Shown: piece by piece, positions 50,173 to 62,775 of the stretch
Position numbering within the stretch: the first letter of the stretch is position 1
Layout of the letters: each line of letters begins with the position of its first letter
NCBI GenBank assembly: GCA_036785375.1
Contig: JAWMAR010000034.1
Span: 4,712,001-4,776,000 of the forward strand
Direction of reading: 5' to 3'
Source of the DNA: Leucoraja ocellata
Taxonomy: Eukaryota
Length of the DNA stretch: 64,000 bases
Made by a program: the position numbers and the translations under genes
The notes under the pieces: model-generated
Told to the model about the DNA's origin: nothing
What the model saw: only the letters and a program-made list of their open reading frames with translations
Databases searched by the model: none

Positions 50173-52079
50173 TAAACAGGCAATTTTATTATTAGTATCA
50201 GTATTGGTTTAATATTGTCATGTATATTGAGATACGGAGAAAAACTTTGTTTTGCATACTTCCCAGGCAGATAATACCGTACATGGGCACAACAGGTGGT
50301 GCAAAAGGGAAAATAAACAGAATACAGAACAGAGTGTTACAGCTACAGATAACGTGCAGATAAATATGAACATAATTTGCTCTCATGATATTGAAAATGT
50401 TTTATCTAGATCTAGAGCGTCAAATGATTAGATCTAGATCTAGAAAGGATGTAAACTTACAAGATCTTCACAATGCAGGGTCGAAGTCTGCTCCGTTGTC
50501 TGTACAAGCATGTGATGTGGTAATGCATGTACTTCTGAAATTCAAGAACTGAACTTCAGAACATCATGTGCAGGAATTTGGTGCATAGAATCTAGGATGA
50601 ACTTCACCTCAGGATATTTACTTATTACATGCCTAAATCAAGTCGTCATCCTGAAATAAATCTCTTGCTTATGGTTAGATAGTAGTGTTGCAAAGCTTAT
50701 GGTTTTACATGCAAGACTGAAAAATAAAACCTAGTATATTAAGGCATGTTTCACCGAGAACAACACATATCGGTCGTGGTGTTAGTCAAATCTATTTAAT
50801 TGAAAAGTAAGGCTGTTTTGATTTATAGTTGTGAGGCATGATGAACTCTGAGATTGGATATTATTGCAATCTGGAGTCTGCAATTGGCAACATGATCTGG
50901 CATGTATAATATTAGCTCAGTCAACTGAATATATACTGGCCTCAGGTTTTAGCTGACATGAAGTCATCAGTTAATACAGCACAGTCATGTTCCTTCATAT
51001 CGGGCATGCTTTTTTCAACAGATAATTCGCACCACTGTCGGTTATTTCCCAGGGAGAGTTACTGCGGGAACATTTCTGCCATGAGGCCGTTTCTATTAAT
51101 CTTGTGTGTATTTTTAGTCTCGTTGCTGCTCAAGTAATCTGTTGACCGAAAATGGTATTGTTCTGTGAAAGAGGCACTTGATGTCACTTGTTGTACGGTG
51201 GAAGCACCCTGGCCAGCAGGGCAATATAAGCAACATTCAACGTTTGAATACTTCGCATTTCTTGCAGCATAAAAAAAGTGTTTTTGGTTCAATGCCAAGG
51301 GTTTTTATTCAGCTGTGATTTACTTTCTCCTCTTAAAAGCTGACTTCTTACTTACTGGAAGTGCACTGTTTTGCTTTAGTTTGCATGTTCCTTGACCACT
51401 ACAAGGTCAACCCAGTCTGCAACTAAACGTCATGGTTACGAAGCAACATTTCGGCATTGCTAGCCTCTTAAGGAATGGAAAATAGTTTATTTCACGATTA
51501 TAATTTTTATTTGACATTTGGCGAGGATGGTAGTTAAAGAAAATTCTTACCTCCAATCCAATTTTAGGCAGATGAAGTTACGTTAGCCTCCCTTATATCC
51601 ATTTGACTGGCACAAAAGAAGCATTTAGATTTGGATGACGTGCTTCCTAAGTAGCATTATACTGTGTTTTAGTTTTGACAAGAGCCTTGTTATTTTTATA
51701 AGGTCGTTAAGAGTTCATAGCAACGTGATACTCTTAAAGTGAAGTTCATCTGAAATTGATGCCACGTTAATTCACCTGAAGTTTGAGATGAATCCTATCT
51801 CCTGCTGAGCAGTGGCAGTGAACTCCGCAGACTGATTTACAAGCACGAATAACCTGAATAGTTTGACAAAACATGCTTATGAAAATATCAGACTCATCTA
51901 TGTGTCTATATGTCAGATGTTTTGTCTTCTATAATCTTCAAAATACTTCAAAAGTCGTCAAATAAACTGGAAGAAAAGCAACAGTATTCAGAAACTATGG
52001 AAATAATGGTAGTTCATTTTGTAAAGTCCCACTTACTTTCCACAAACAAAACGCAACATGTGAACTGTATTGAAAACTC

Positions 52080-52660
52080 TGGAGACACAGGTATGCAGAT
52101 GACACCACCGTAGTGGAGCGGATAGCGAATAATGGCAAGACTGAGTACAAAAGGAGATTGAGAACCTTGTAACGGTGCCAAGACAACAACCTCTCCCTTA
52201 ATGTGAGCAAGACAAAGGAGATAGTGATTGATTACACAAAGCGAAACAGTACTCACACCACAGATTCTACATTGATGGTGCTGAAGTGGAGATAGTTGAA
52301 CGCTTCAATTCAAAGCTGAATAAATATCATCAGCAATTTTTCCTGGACCAGCCATATCAAAGCTATGGGCAAGAAAGCACACCAATGCCAACGCATCTAT
52401 TTAGAAGGCTTAGGAAGTTTGGCATGTCTCTAACTCTCACCAACATCTACAGATGCACTGGAGTAAGCATCTTATCGTGTCTGGTTTGTGAACAGCTCCA
52501 TCCAAGACCGCAAGAAATTGTAGAGAGTTGTGCACGCAGCCCAGACCATCACATAAGCCATCTCCCTTCCATTGACTTGATCCGCACTTCACGTTTCTTC
52601 AGCAAGGCCACCAGCATAAGAACCAGTCTCACCTTTGGTCACTCCCTCTTCTCCCCTAAG
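52080..52660 (+). mobile_element. Rex1/Babar-like LINE fragment
   Basis: YADDTTVV, NNLSLNVSKTKEIVIDY and RRLRKFG motifs. Confidence 0.75.
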
Positions 52661-53713
52661 GCAGTGAAACTACCAGTGTTTGGTATTGTTATCCCGAGAA
52701 ACTGCTCACAATTTTGCAATTTCCACGTTTATATTTGATACTGAAAGCCCAAAATTGCTAACGTAAGTTCTGAGATTGTTGCAGGCTTTGCTGCTTATGA
52801 CTTTCTCCAACCAATCAAATATTTAACTTCTTCTTTCGTGTCCATCTTCCATGTTTCAAATGTTGACATCGCTGTCATCGTCTGTCCTGAAAACGATGCA
52901 AGCTTCCGGCGACAATCAGTGGAAGCCATCACTTGTTGCAATAGATGATGGTGGTAGCAGAGTTAGCTGAGGATACTTCCAGTTTCCAGCCCCGCGATGT
53001 GGATGCTTCTGCTATGGGGCCAATATATAACTAATAGTGTCCAAAAACACTATAATTACTGACTGGCAATCTCTCTGGCTTAAAAAATATTTATGTATGT
53101 ATTTTGTTCATTCCTCACATAATTTCATGTGAAGGATGAGTGAAATACACACATAAAGCTATTAGCACTTTTGACAAGCAGAGGATTTCTAGGGAAGTAC
53201 ATTATCCCAAAGTATTAATACTGAGAATTTTTTCGACAATCGATGCCACTAATTGTACAGCAGCATATAATTGTGTACACATGTTGTACATTGTTCCAGC
53301 ATTTATTTCCATTGGTTTAATTAGTTGCTATTCATTGATTTTCTGTGACCAAGCAATGTTGTTTATGGCAGTTGAAAGTAGATTAGATTGATTACATCAA
53401 TACCAATGCCTTTACTTGGCATTAGTACTGATATTGCAGTGCAATCTTGAATTGGAAAGTGAGCTTCCACAATGGATGCAATTTCCTGTTGTGTGGACGT
53501 ATCTTTCATTACTCTGTCTATATTCATGCACTCACTACTTTCTGTTTGGAGTTCATTTGTGTTTCATGTCCCGCATGGAATTTTTCTCTCTAAACTGAAG
53601 TATATGATAGAAAACAGGAAAGGAATTCATCTGGTGGCCTAATGTATGAAAAATAATTTCAATCTGAACTTCCCACTTCTTTTCCCATTTGGAACGCCTG
53701 ACTTTGACTAAAT

Positions 53714-54495
53714 AGAATCAGAATCAGAAGCAGGTTTATTGTCATTCAAACATAGGTTCAAACAAAATTATGTTCAAACGAAATTATGTTCCTGCAGTCC
53801 AACTAACAAAAAAAACAAAACATACAATCAAACACACAAACACAATTCCACACAAACATCCATCACAGTGAAATTCTAAACACCTCCTCACTGTGATGAA
53901 AGGTAAATCTCTTATATCTTCCCTGCTCTCCGTTCTTATTCTTCTCCCCGCAGTCAAGCAGCCGATCGAGGCTCTTGATATTAGAGCCCCCGGCGGACGA
54001 TGGTAAGTCCCGCGGCCGTTTTAAGCTGCGCCGGGCGATGCAAGGCCCCACTCCGGGCGGGCGAAGTTTGCCGTTGCGGGAGCTCCGAAAAGTGGTCTCC
54101 CACCAGGGACCCGCGAGCTCCCGATGTTACCGTCCACAGGGCCTGCAGCCGAAACCTCCGAAGCTCCGAAGACGGGTCGCAGCCGCGCGCCAACACTGCG
54201 CTCCGCACTCCGAAGTAGGCCAGCTCTGCGATGGTGATTCCGCAGGCTCTGCGACTGGAGCCCGAGGTTGATTCCGGTGGGAGGCCGTCGGCTCCACGGT
54301 GTTAGGCCCCAACACCAATGGAGATTCGACAAGTAAAAAGTCGGATCCTGTACAGGGAAGAGTTCCCCCCCCTCCCCGCATATACACTGCAAAAAATAAT
54401 ATAAAAACCAAAACCAAAACATACACTTAACAGGACAAAAGAAAAAAAATACGGACAGACTGCAGAGGCCGCTGCCGCGAGGCGCCGCCATCTTG
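53714..54495 (-). mobile_element. Non-coding CpG-rich retroelement with a 5' YY1 motif and a (TTCTGA)n tail
   Basis: Minus strand starts CAAGATGGCGGCG (~54495) and ends GACAATAAACC..TTCTGATTCTGATTC. Confidence 0.6.
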
Positions 54496-56194
54496 CCAGG
54501 TAAGGTCCAGTTTATTTTCCTAGATTCCTTCAGTAAAGTAGAACCCTCCAGGCCACTGATTTAATTCAGCGAATTGGGAATGTTGTGATAGGATCAACTA
54601 GGTAGGCAGTGGGACTGTGGTGTGAAACAGTCCTGATCTATTCTCCACTCATGCTGAGCGATTTACTATATTACACTGTTCCAGTACTGGTTAAGTCTTG
54701 CATATTGAACACTGATGAGTTTGGATCTCCAACACAGTAAGGTTTAAAATCTATAAAACTCTCTTGGCATGTCCAGTGTCTTCAATTCTCAGACAAATAA
54801 TTGATGCTGAGTACCATAACTTTACTTTGCACCAGAGCTGAAGATGCAAAGTAGTCTTTTCTGCCACAAAATTGCCACTGTATGTGTTTGCAACTTCTGG
54901 TGTCCATCCCCAATGAGTAACATGGAATCATTAAAAATCAGAAAATATCTGAGTAATTTAATCTTTAATTGTAACTTTTTCTAGACAACTAAAATTAGTA
55001 TATTTGAGATATTGGCATTTCTGTTAGATAGATATGTAACATTATGCAACTGGTTAAATACTACAGGTACAATAATATCAGTTTGAGATCAACAGTATTC
55101 AGAGCTGACTTAATAGTAGCGTATGATAGAACGATTGGGAAATTATAAATCTCTCGTGGTGTAATTGCAACACAGATTGTAATGCCCAGAAATGTTTATC
55201 TTTGGTATACTGGAATTTCAGTTCTTCTTCATGAGGTAATCAGATTTGTCGCATGACTTTACTTTTATAGAAAATTATTGCTAGTCCTATAATCTTTAGA
55301 GTGTACTGGCATCAATTCGTCTGGAGCATTATTTCCATTTTTAATCTCACTATGTTTAGAAGGTCAAATTGAAAGAAATTGATGTGCATGGTTTTGTTTC
55401 CCAACAGAAGTCCTGCACATTTTTCCTCGTGGAAGTTCCACTTTGAGATTATGTGCATTGACACTATAAAAAATAGATTGGTGTAAAACAAAAAAATTGA
55501 TGCAGTTTTTTTGCAGCATATCTTAGTAGGAACTTGTATAAATGCAAAAATGCCTTGTTACAAAAGCACCGATGACTGGTGCATGCAACTGGTCATACTT
55601 GCCCTCCGCACTTGCACATTGCAGTGCAGAAACACGGCACGTGCTAAAAGTCAGGCGATGGTGCATCTGAGCTTCCCACAGAGTAAAGAGGATGTTCTGT
55701 GATGCACTGAGTGGTGGGACAGTATGCACCTTGTCTTCAGTTCCACAACTCTGTGCCATCCACATCTGGTGCAGGAGGCAGCAGCATTCATTTGAAACAA
55801 AAACAGAAAATGCTGGAAACACTCAGCAGTTCAGGCAGCATCTGTAGCAAGAGAAACAGTCAAGGTTTTGGATTTGCCACTGACCATCTGAAGGAAATGC
55901 TAAAAACAGAACCATCAAGGGCCGCAAAACTTGAATTTAAAGGGAGTGTGGAAACTAGGCTTCCTAGAGTGGTCGGAAAGCGCAGAAACCAGTGTCCTGG
56001 TAAGTGTGGGTTGCATAGGAACCCGAGCCCCAGTGAGAGATTGTAGTGAGAAACCTGTACCTTGGTGAGTGCACAAGGAGCATGGGAACCGGGGATTTGG
56101 TGAGCAGAAGAGAGTGCCGGAGCCCAGGTAAGTAGAAATAGCAAACATTTACCAGTGAGCAAAACCATCCGGACTTCCAAATGGCCGGATAGCG

Positions 56195-56465
56195 GATTAG
56201 ACTCACACTTAAACAGGACCTTCGGCCCAACTTGTCCATGCCGGCCAACGAGTCCCATCTACAATTGTCCAACCTGGTTGCATTTGGCTCGTATTCTTCT
56301 AAACCTTTCCTATCCATATACCTGTCCAAATGTCTTTTCAACGTTGTGATACTGTACCTGCCTCGGCTACCTCCTCCTGCAGCTTGTTCCACATACCTAC
56401 CACCTTTTGTGTAAGAAAAGTTGCCCCACAGTTTAATTTTAAATCTTTCCCCCTTAACCTTAAAT
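56195..56465 (-). mobile_element. CR1-like LINE 3' tail
   Basis: Encodes TLKRHLDRYMDRKGLE, followed by the tail. Confidence 0.7.
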
Positions 56466-57469
56466 TTGCAGAGTTTTACATTTTGTCTTGTCCGATATGA
56501 GATTACATCAAAATTTCACCAAACTACAACATCATTTAAGAATGCTGATAATTTATTTTATTTCTTAGTAAAGAATAACCCCCCCCACAAGGGAAAAAAT
56601 AGATATTTTATGCTGGATAACTGAAGAATGCTTCATTTTAATTTTGGTATGTTGAAGACAGCACAATCAATGATTTTACAGTTCTTGGAGATACTATTCT
56701 GTTCATGTTGCAAGTATAAACATTTATCAACGGTCATTCTTGTTTAATTTTAGTGGATTATTATAATGTGTTTTCTTTAAGACTTATTATTGTGGGTGAC
56801 GTATTTTTGCTCAATTCTTTAGTGTTTGTTCATAATCTTGAAACGGCCGGGAAAAGAATTCTTGGGAAATGATTAGATAATTGGTGTTCCCAGCAATCCG
56901 ACATAAATCCTGTTTGAAGAAAGGCCCCAACATGAAACATCGCCTATCCATGTCATCCAGAGAAGTTGCCTAACCCTCTTAAGTTACTGCAGCACATGTG
57001 TCTTTTGTTGTAAACCATCATCTGCAGTTCTTTGTTTCTACAATCTAACATTAAGTTTGCTCAAACAATGCAGATGACTCCATATAGTGAATACTCAAAA
57101 TCACAAATACTTCAGTCACAAGATTATAATGTAGATCATTGATCATTGTGGAATCATACTGAAATGTACATGTTCTCTTTAATACAGTAGCTTTGCACTG
57201 TTTCAGTTACTTCCCCGGCCGTAAAATTCTTTGGTCATGAAGGACACTTTTGTTTGTCTTTTCTCTTCAACCTTTGTAATTCCTGGTGGTGGAGGCAGAT
57301 ACCTAGAAAGTAGAATCCTCCAGGCCACTGATTTGCATCAATGGATTGTGAATGTTATAATATGAGAGGTCAGTTAGACAAAGAAACCGTAGTGTGAGAC
57401 TGACATACCCATTGATACCCAATTCTGTATAACTTGGGTAGCCTTTTTTTCTAATGATTCATTCCAGGA

Positions 57470-57770
57470 TGGAAATGTGGAAGGCTAGAGATCATAGCTT
57501 TAAGGTCCGAGGAGAAAAGTTTAATGAGATCAGCAAGGCAATTTTATTACATAGCAAATAGTGAATGCGAGAAAGCATTGCCATGGGTGGTGGTGGAAGT
57601 AGATGCGATAGTGGCCTTTAAGAAGCTTGTCGATAGGCACTTGGAGATGCAGGGAATGGAAGGATATGGATCACATGCAGGCAGGGGAGATTAGTTTATT
57701 GAGGCATCATGCTCGGCACAGACATGACGGTCTGATGAACATATTCATGTGCTATTCTACAGATATTCTA
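57470..57770 (+). mobile_element. CR1-like LINE 3' tail
   Basis: Homologous to 830-1110. Confidence 0.6.
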
Positions 57771-58696
57771 TAGGACAAAAATAATGTACTTGGAAGGCAA
57801 AAGCATTTTGATGCGGATCTGTGGACCGGTTGCAGCATGATAGCACATCTTTATGTCAATTACATTTGATTAGCTGTGATTATTTTCCCATTGTCTTTCA
57901 AACAAACTGATACTTGTCATGCTTTGGCCTAAAGGAACTTCATTGCTTGTAATGCATTAAAACCACTGATTTGTTTTTGTGAAATTTTGGCTAAAGCAAA
58001 TAAAATAATTTTCAAAAACAGATACTTTTCCCAATTCTACCAATAAACATGACATTTATGTGGTAAATTACTTATCACTGATGTTTTACATGCAGAACCC
58101 TGGCTGAGGCAGTGCTCCATTGTGGGTCCTAGACTTTCTAATAAAGTATTTAACTCTCCCATTGGCAGGCTGGGCTCCTCTGATTTAGATCTCTTTTGCT
58201 TCAGTCCCCAGGGTACCATTTGCATTAATCATCATGACTCTCGTGCATGAGGTGTTCCAAAGACATGATCATTGATATTCTGTTTAATTCAACATTTACA
58301 CACATATAAGTGAGAAAGAGTGAGACGGTTGTCGGCGTTAGAATTCATAAGAACACGTATATTACACATAAGAACATTAAATATGTTTCTCAAATTGGAT
58401 TTCACAATGTTGCAATTATTGAAAGTGATAGGATAAACTGAGTAAGCAGTGGATCATTTGCTAAGTGTTTAAACATTTGAACATCATTAATGTGAAGGAG
58501 TGTTGCTGGATATAACTCCAATGTTTTGGGAAGACTGAACGCATGATTTAACTTATGACTTGTATTTAATGATAGTATACATTAGGTGGCAGTAGATCAT
58601 CACAATTGTGCTTTACCGTTTCAATGTAAATTTAGGTTGTGTTTCTTTTGCTGTGCAGTAGCTGTACAGTGAGAGTAAGAATGAACAGTTGTGTTA

Positions 58697-59311
58697 AGGG
58701 CCTGTCCCACTTGGCCGTCATTTACGCGACAGACCGGTAGTGACTGATGCGCGACGGTTGCGAGCGTCATCATGCACAGCCGTTTGGAGCGCGCGACGTC
58801 ATTTGAAGATACACATAAAATGCTGGAGTAACTCAGCGGGATCGGCAGCATCTCTGGAGAGAAGGAATGGATGATGTTTCGTGTCGAGACTCTTCTTCAG
58901 TCTGAAGAAGGGTCTCGACCCGAAACGTCACCCATTGCTTCTCTCCAGAGATGCTGCTGATCCCGCTGAGTTACTCCAGCATTTTGTGTCTATCTCCAAT
59001 CGTCTTGGGCCCACTCTGGGAGTAGGAGTGGGGGCGGATCCGGATCCGCAACGGCCGTGAGCCCCAGGCCGAGCTCGGTGATCGTTTGCCTGCTTCTGCT
59101 GCTGTTGGAGGTGAGACGTTGCGCCGCGCCAGGGTCTTGGGCCTGTCCCACTTTGGCCGTCAGTTACGCGACAGGCCGGTGGCGCGCGAATATTTTGTGC
59201 AGGACGAAGTCCACACTCCTCCACACCACTCCATGCGCCCGTCACGCGCTACCCACACGCTAGCAGGTCGTGTAAATGGCGCGTGAATGACGGCAAAGTG
59301 GGACAGGCCCT
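58697..59311. mobile_element. PIF/Harbinger MITE with a TTA TSD, containing a Penelope palindrome and an internal extra left end
   Basis: TIRs AGGGCCTGTCCCACTT / AAGTGGGACAGGCCCT; TTA at 58694-58696 and 59312-59314. Confidence 0.85.
58807..58995. mobile_element. Penelope-derived ~190-bp palindrome with hammerhead cores on both strands
   Basis: Arms are inverted about 58901; the + strand core CTGAAGA-AGGGTCTCGACCC-GAAAC-GTC at 58902-58929 is intact. Confidence 0.85.
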
Positions 59312-61119
59312 TTAGGTTCAATGTGATGCTCAGCTAGATGAGGAAGAGAGAACTAGCAGTTATTCCTGTTCTTGATCACACTGCTTGATCACTATGAGAA
59401 CAGACTGCTCAGATCAGGTACTGAAAAACTTCCAATATAGTCAAGAGTGTTTAATTGTCATGAATCCATGACGGAACAATGAAATTCATACTTGCAGCAG
59501 CTTACCAGGCCTCTGCACACAATACCTATTAATAACACACAATAAAGATCAGTAAACCAATAACTAATAATGAGTGCATGTGTCATTAACTGCCAGCTCT
59601 TTCAAAACATGAGGGTAAAACATGAAGATTTTTATATAAATGCTGCTTGACTAGCACGGATTCCATAAATTAAAACCGGGTAAGTTTGCACTTTTCAAAA
59701 ATACATTAAAATAATATTTCCTTGAAAGGGTTTCATTGTTCCGTTGTCGGTACATATGACAATTAAACACTCTTGACTTGACTCTTCATTCTTCATTGAA
59801 GAACTTGGTGGACTGTAGCCCTTTACAGAGCTCTGTAAAAAGATTAAAATGCTGTATCACATTCTGCAATCTATTCTCCTTGCTTTCTCTGCTTTAACAT
59901 GGTTAGTTCCTGGCCGGTCATAATCCAAAGCTCTGTAACTCCAGTCAAAAATTAATATTAAAAAACAAGTTAAGAAGGACCTCACACCATTTAACAATTT
60001 AATGCCTGTCAGGTGTCCAGGGAACCATTGTCAACATTGTCAATTGCAAGGAGTAAGCCACACATGATTTACTTCCTGCTGTGTGCAGGGTGAAATGGAA
60101 TATTGCTGAGATCCACTCTCGAGCTATTCAGCTTCAAATTTTCCCCAATTATACTGCAGCCTCTTACCATAATAAAGTACAAAAGGACGATAAAGTACAA
60201 AAGCACAGCACATAGATCAACTATTCCAGCGTTTTTCCAAATACCCCAAAATGACAAGCCATAATTTTTTCCACTAAAGACTTCAACTCTGTCCAAGCAT
60301 TAGTGTCAGTTTCCAAACAGTATATTTAATGGACTTGGCTACTAATTGAGACAGTTGCATTATTAATAGAAGCCAGAATAATTAAAATGCTTTGAGTCGC
60401 TACTTGAGAAGGATTATTACAGAATATAACCTTCAAATTTCTTTAAGCTTTAAAACGTTAATGCATATATGTGTGCGTTATGAGTGACCCAATTAATTCC
60501 ACAGTGAGACATGCAGATATTTCAGTGATGTTTCACATATTTCTTCAAAGCCTGTTTATTTCTTATTTTGAGGGAATTGAGATAAAAATACAATGATTAT
60601 TATCTTTGCTAATCTGAGAATATGGTAGAATGAATTAAGACCTGTTGAGTCAACACATAAATTTAAATTCCACCACGGCAGCTGTGGAATTCAAGTAATT
60701 GAATAAATGAAGAGTAAAAAGAAAGAACCAGGAATAGAGGCCATGGAACAGTGTCATTAAAAACCCTTCTGATTCACTACTCTTCCTCGGGGAAGGAAAT
60801 TTGCCGTCTTTGCCAACTTGCGGCAGGCGAGTCTCAGTCTCCGGACTTCTAGCACACTGGTTGACTCATAACTGCCTCCTGCAGTGGTTCAGAAAGTCAG
60901 GAGAAGTTAGGGATGGACAATAAATGCCGAAACATCCAATGAGTGGAGAGGTAAAAAAAAAACAATAACGGAACACTGTCCTGATGGGAGGCCGTCAACC
61001 TGAAGCATTAATCCTGTAAATTCTGTTTTTCTCTGTTCACTGTTACCACCTGACTAGCTGAGGATTTCCATCATCTTCTGGTTTTATTTAATGGTGTCAG
61101 GAAAAAAATCTAGCCCTTA

Positions 61120-61625
61120 ACGCCATCAGTATGAAAGAGTTGATTGTTAACTGAAAGAAGCATGGAATATGGGTGGTGAACACAACCCAGTTTTCATTAC
61201 AGATTTGCTGTAGAGAAGGTGGAAAGTTTCAAGTTCCTAAGCATCCATATTCACCAGCAAACTAATCTGGCCCCTTTACACTGCTGAGGTGTATTTACTT
61301 TCTTCAGCATCTGAAAAAAATTGAGATGTCCACGAGGATTTTCTTGAACTTCTAAGGATGTGCTATGGAAAGCATTCTGACGGGATGAATCTCAGCCTGG
61401 TATGGCAACTGCTGTGCTCTTGACCACCTGAACATGTCGAGAGTGGTGAACACAGCCCAGACCATCACAGGCTTGTCACTTTCTTTCATCCAGTCCTTCA
61501 TCTTGGTGCATCAGGAAACCTGCAAGTATTGTCAAGGATGCCTGCCACTCTGGCCATTCCCTTTTCAAGGGAAGATGCAGGAGCTTGAAATTTTGTACAT
61601 CCAAACACGAACAGCTTTGCTCCCT
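61120..61625 (+). mobile_element. Rex1/Babar-like LINE 3' fragment
   Basis: VEKVESFKFLSIH, ESILTG..AWYGN and RVVNTAQTITG motifs. Confidence 0.7.
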
Positions 61626-62223
61626 CGTGATAACCAATTCCTGAATCGTTTGTCTCTATCACACCCCTTTGTCGGAGGTGCTGTCACATGATCTTGCTCA
61701 TTACCTTATTGTTATTCTGTTAATGCACTGTAGATGTTGCACTACTAGTACAATCTTCGCATCACATTGTGCTTATTGTTGTACTTCATCTATGAGCTTC
61801 ATGTGAATATTGCATGCTACTCTATGAAATATTATTTATTATTAGAATATTACTCTATGAGGTTCATGTGAATATTGCACGCTGGTGTCTATGAAACACC
61901 TTGGTGTAATGAGGTGTCCCGGCACCGGCAATGGAGGACTCGCTCGCTGTGGACCAACGACAGAGGACCCACTCGCCGCAGACTGAGACTCGCCCGCCTC
62001 AGATTGACGATGGAGGACCCACTGCTAGGCCTGGTTTGCCCCCCACAGACTCTGATTCTGGCCCAAGCTACGGGTATCAACGGGAATCGCAACACCGAGA
62101 ACAAGGAAGGACTGAGAGCGAGGTAGATGACGAGACTGAGATGGACCGCTGAGAATAATATGGGCCGCCGAAAAGGAAGGGGGAACTGGGGGAGGGTGGG
62201 GGGGGAGATATGATAGAATTGTT

Positions 62224-62392
62224 TGTTTAAGAAGGAACTGCAGGTGCTGGAAAATAGAAGGTAGACAAAAATGCTGGAGAAACTCAGCGGTTGAGGCATC
62301 ATTTATGGAGCGAAGGAAATAGGCGACGTTTCAAGACGAGACCCTTCTTCAGACTCGAAATAGGCGACATTTCAGGTCGAGACCCTTCTTCA
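62224..62392 (-). mobile_element. Penelope-derived insert with two tandem hammerhead-like cores and a ~12-bp TSD
   Basis: GATAG(A/G)ATTGTT at 62212-62223 and 62393-62404; GTTTC..GAGACCCTTCTTCAG and a variant copy. Confidence 0.7.
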
Positions 62393-62544
62393 GATAGGAT
62401 TGTTCGGTACTTCTGTAACTTTGTCAGTGCCAAAACCTGACAACACTTGTGTACTGCCTAGGTTGTATGCAAAACAAAGCATTTCACCGTACCTAGGTAC
62501 ATGTGACAATAAAATTTAAATTCTCCATTTATGAAATGTCAATC

Positions 62545-62775
62545 ATCATTGACCTCGGGTGCTGCCTGTGTGGAATTTTCATGGCGTTTATTTCCTCCGA
62601 TGCTCCAGTTTTCTCAGACATGTGGGTTTGTGGGTTAATTGGCCTGTTTAAATTTCTCCTAGTGCGTAGGGAATGGAGGAAAAAGTGGAGAAACAGAACT
62701 AATATAAACGGTTGATCAATGGTTGGCATGAACCAAAGGACCAGTTTCCATGCAGTATCTCCAAACTAAACTAAA
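62545..62775 (+). mobile_element. Partial V-SINE
   Basis: V-domain remnant and a CTAAACTAAA tail. Confidence 0.6.

Noticed and set aside
50404-50443. TCTAGATCTAGA palindromic repeats
   Set aside because: Short low-complexity duplication with no supporting context.
53975-54491. Cluster of GC-rich ORFs as a nested gene
   Set aside because: There is no domain or splice structure; a CpG-rich repeat explains it.
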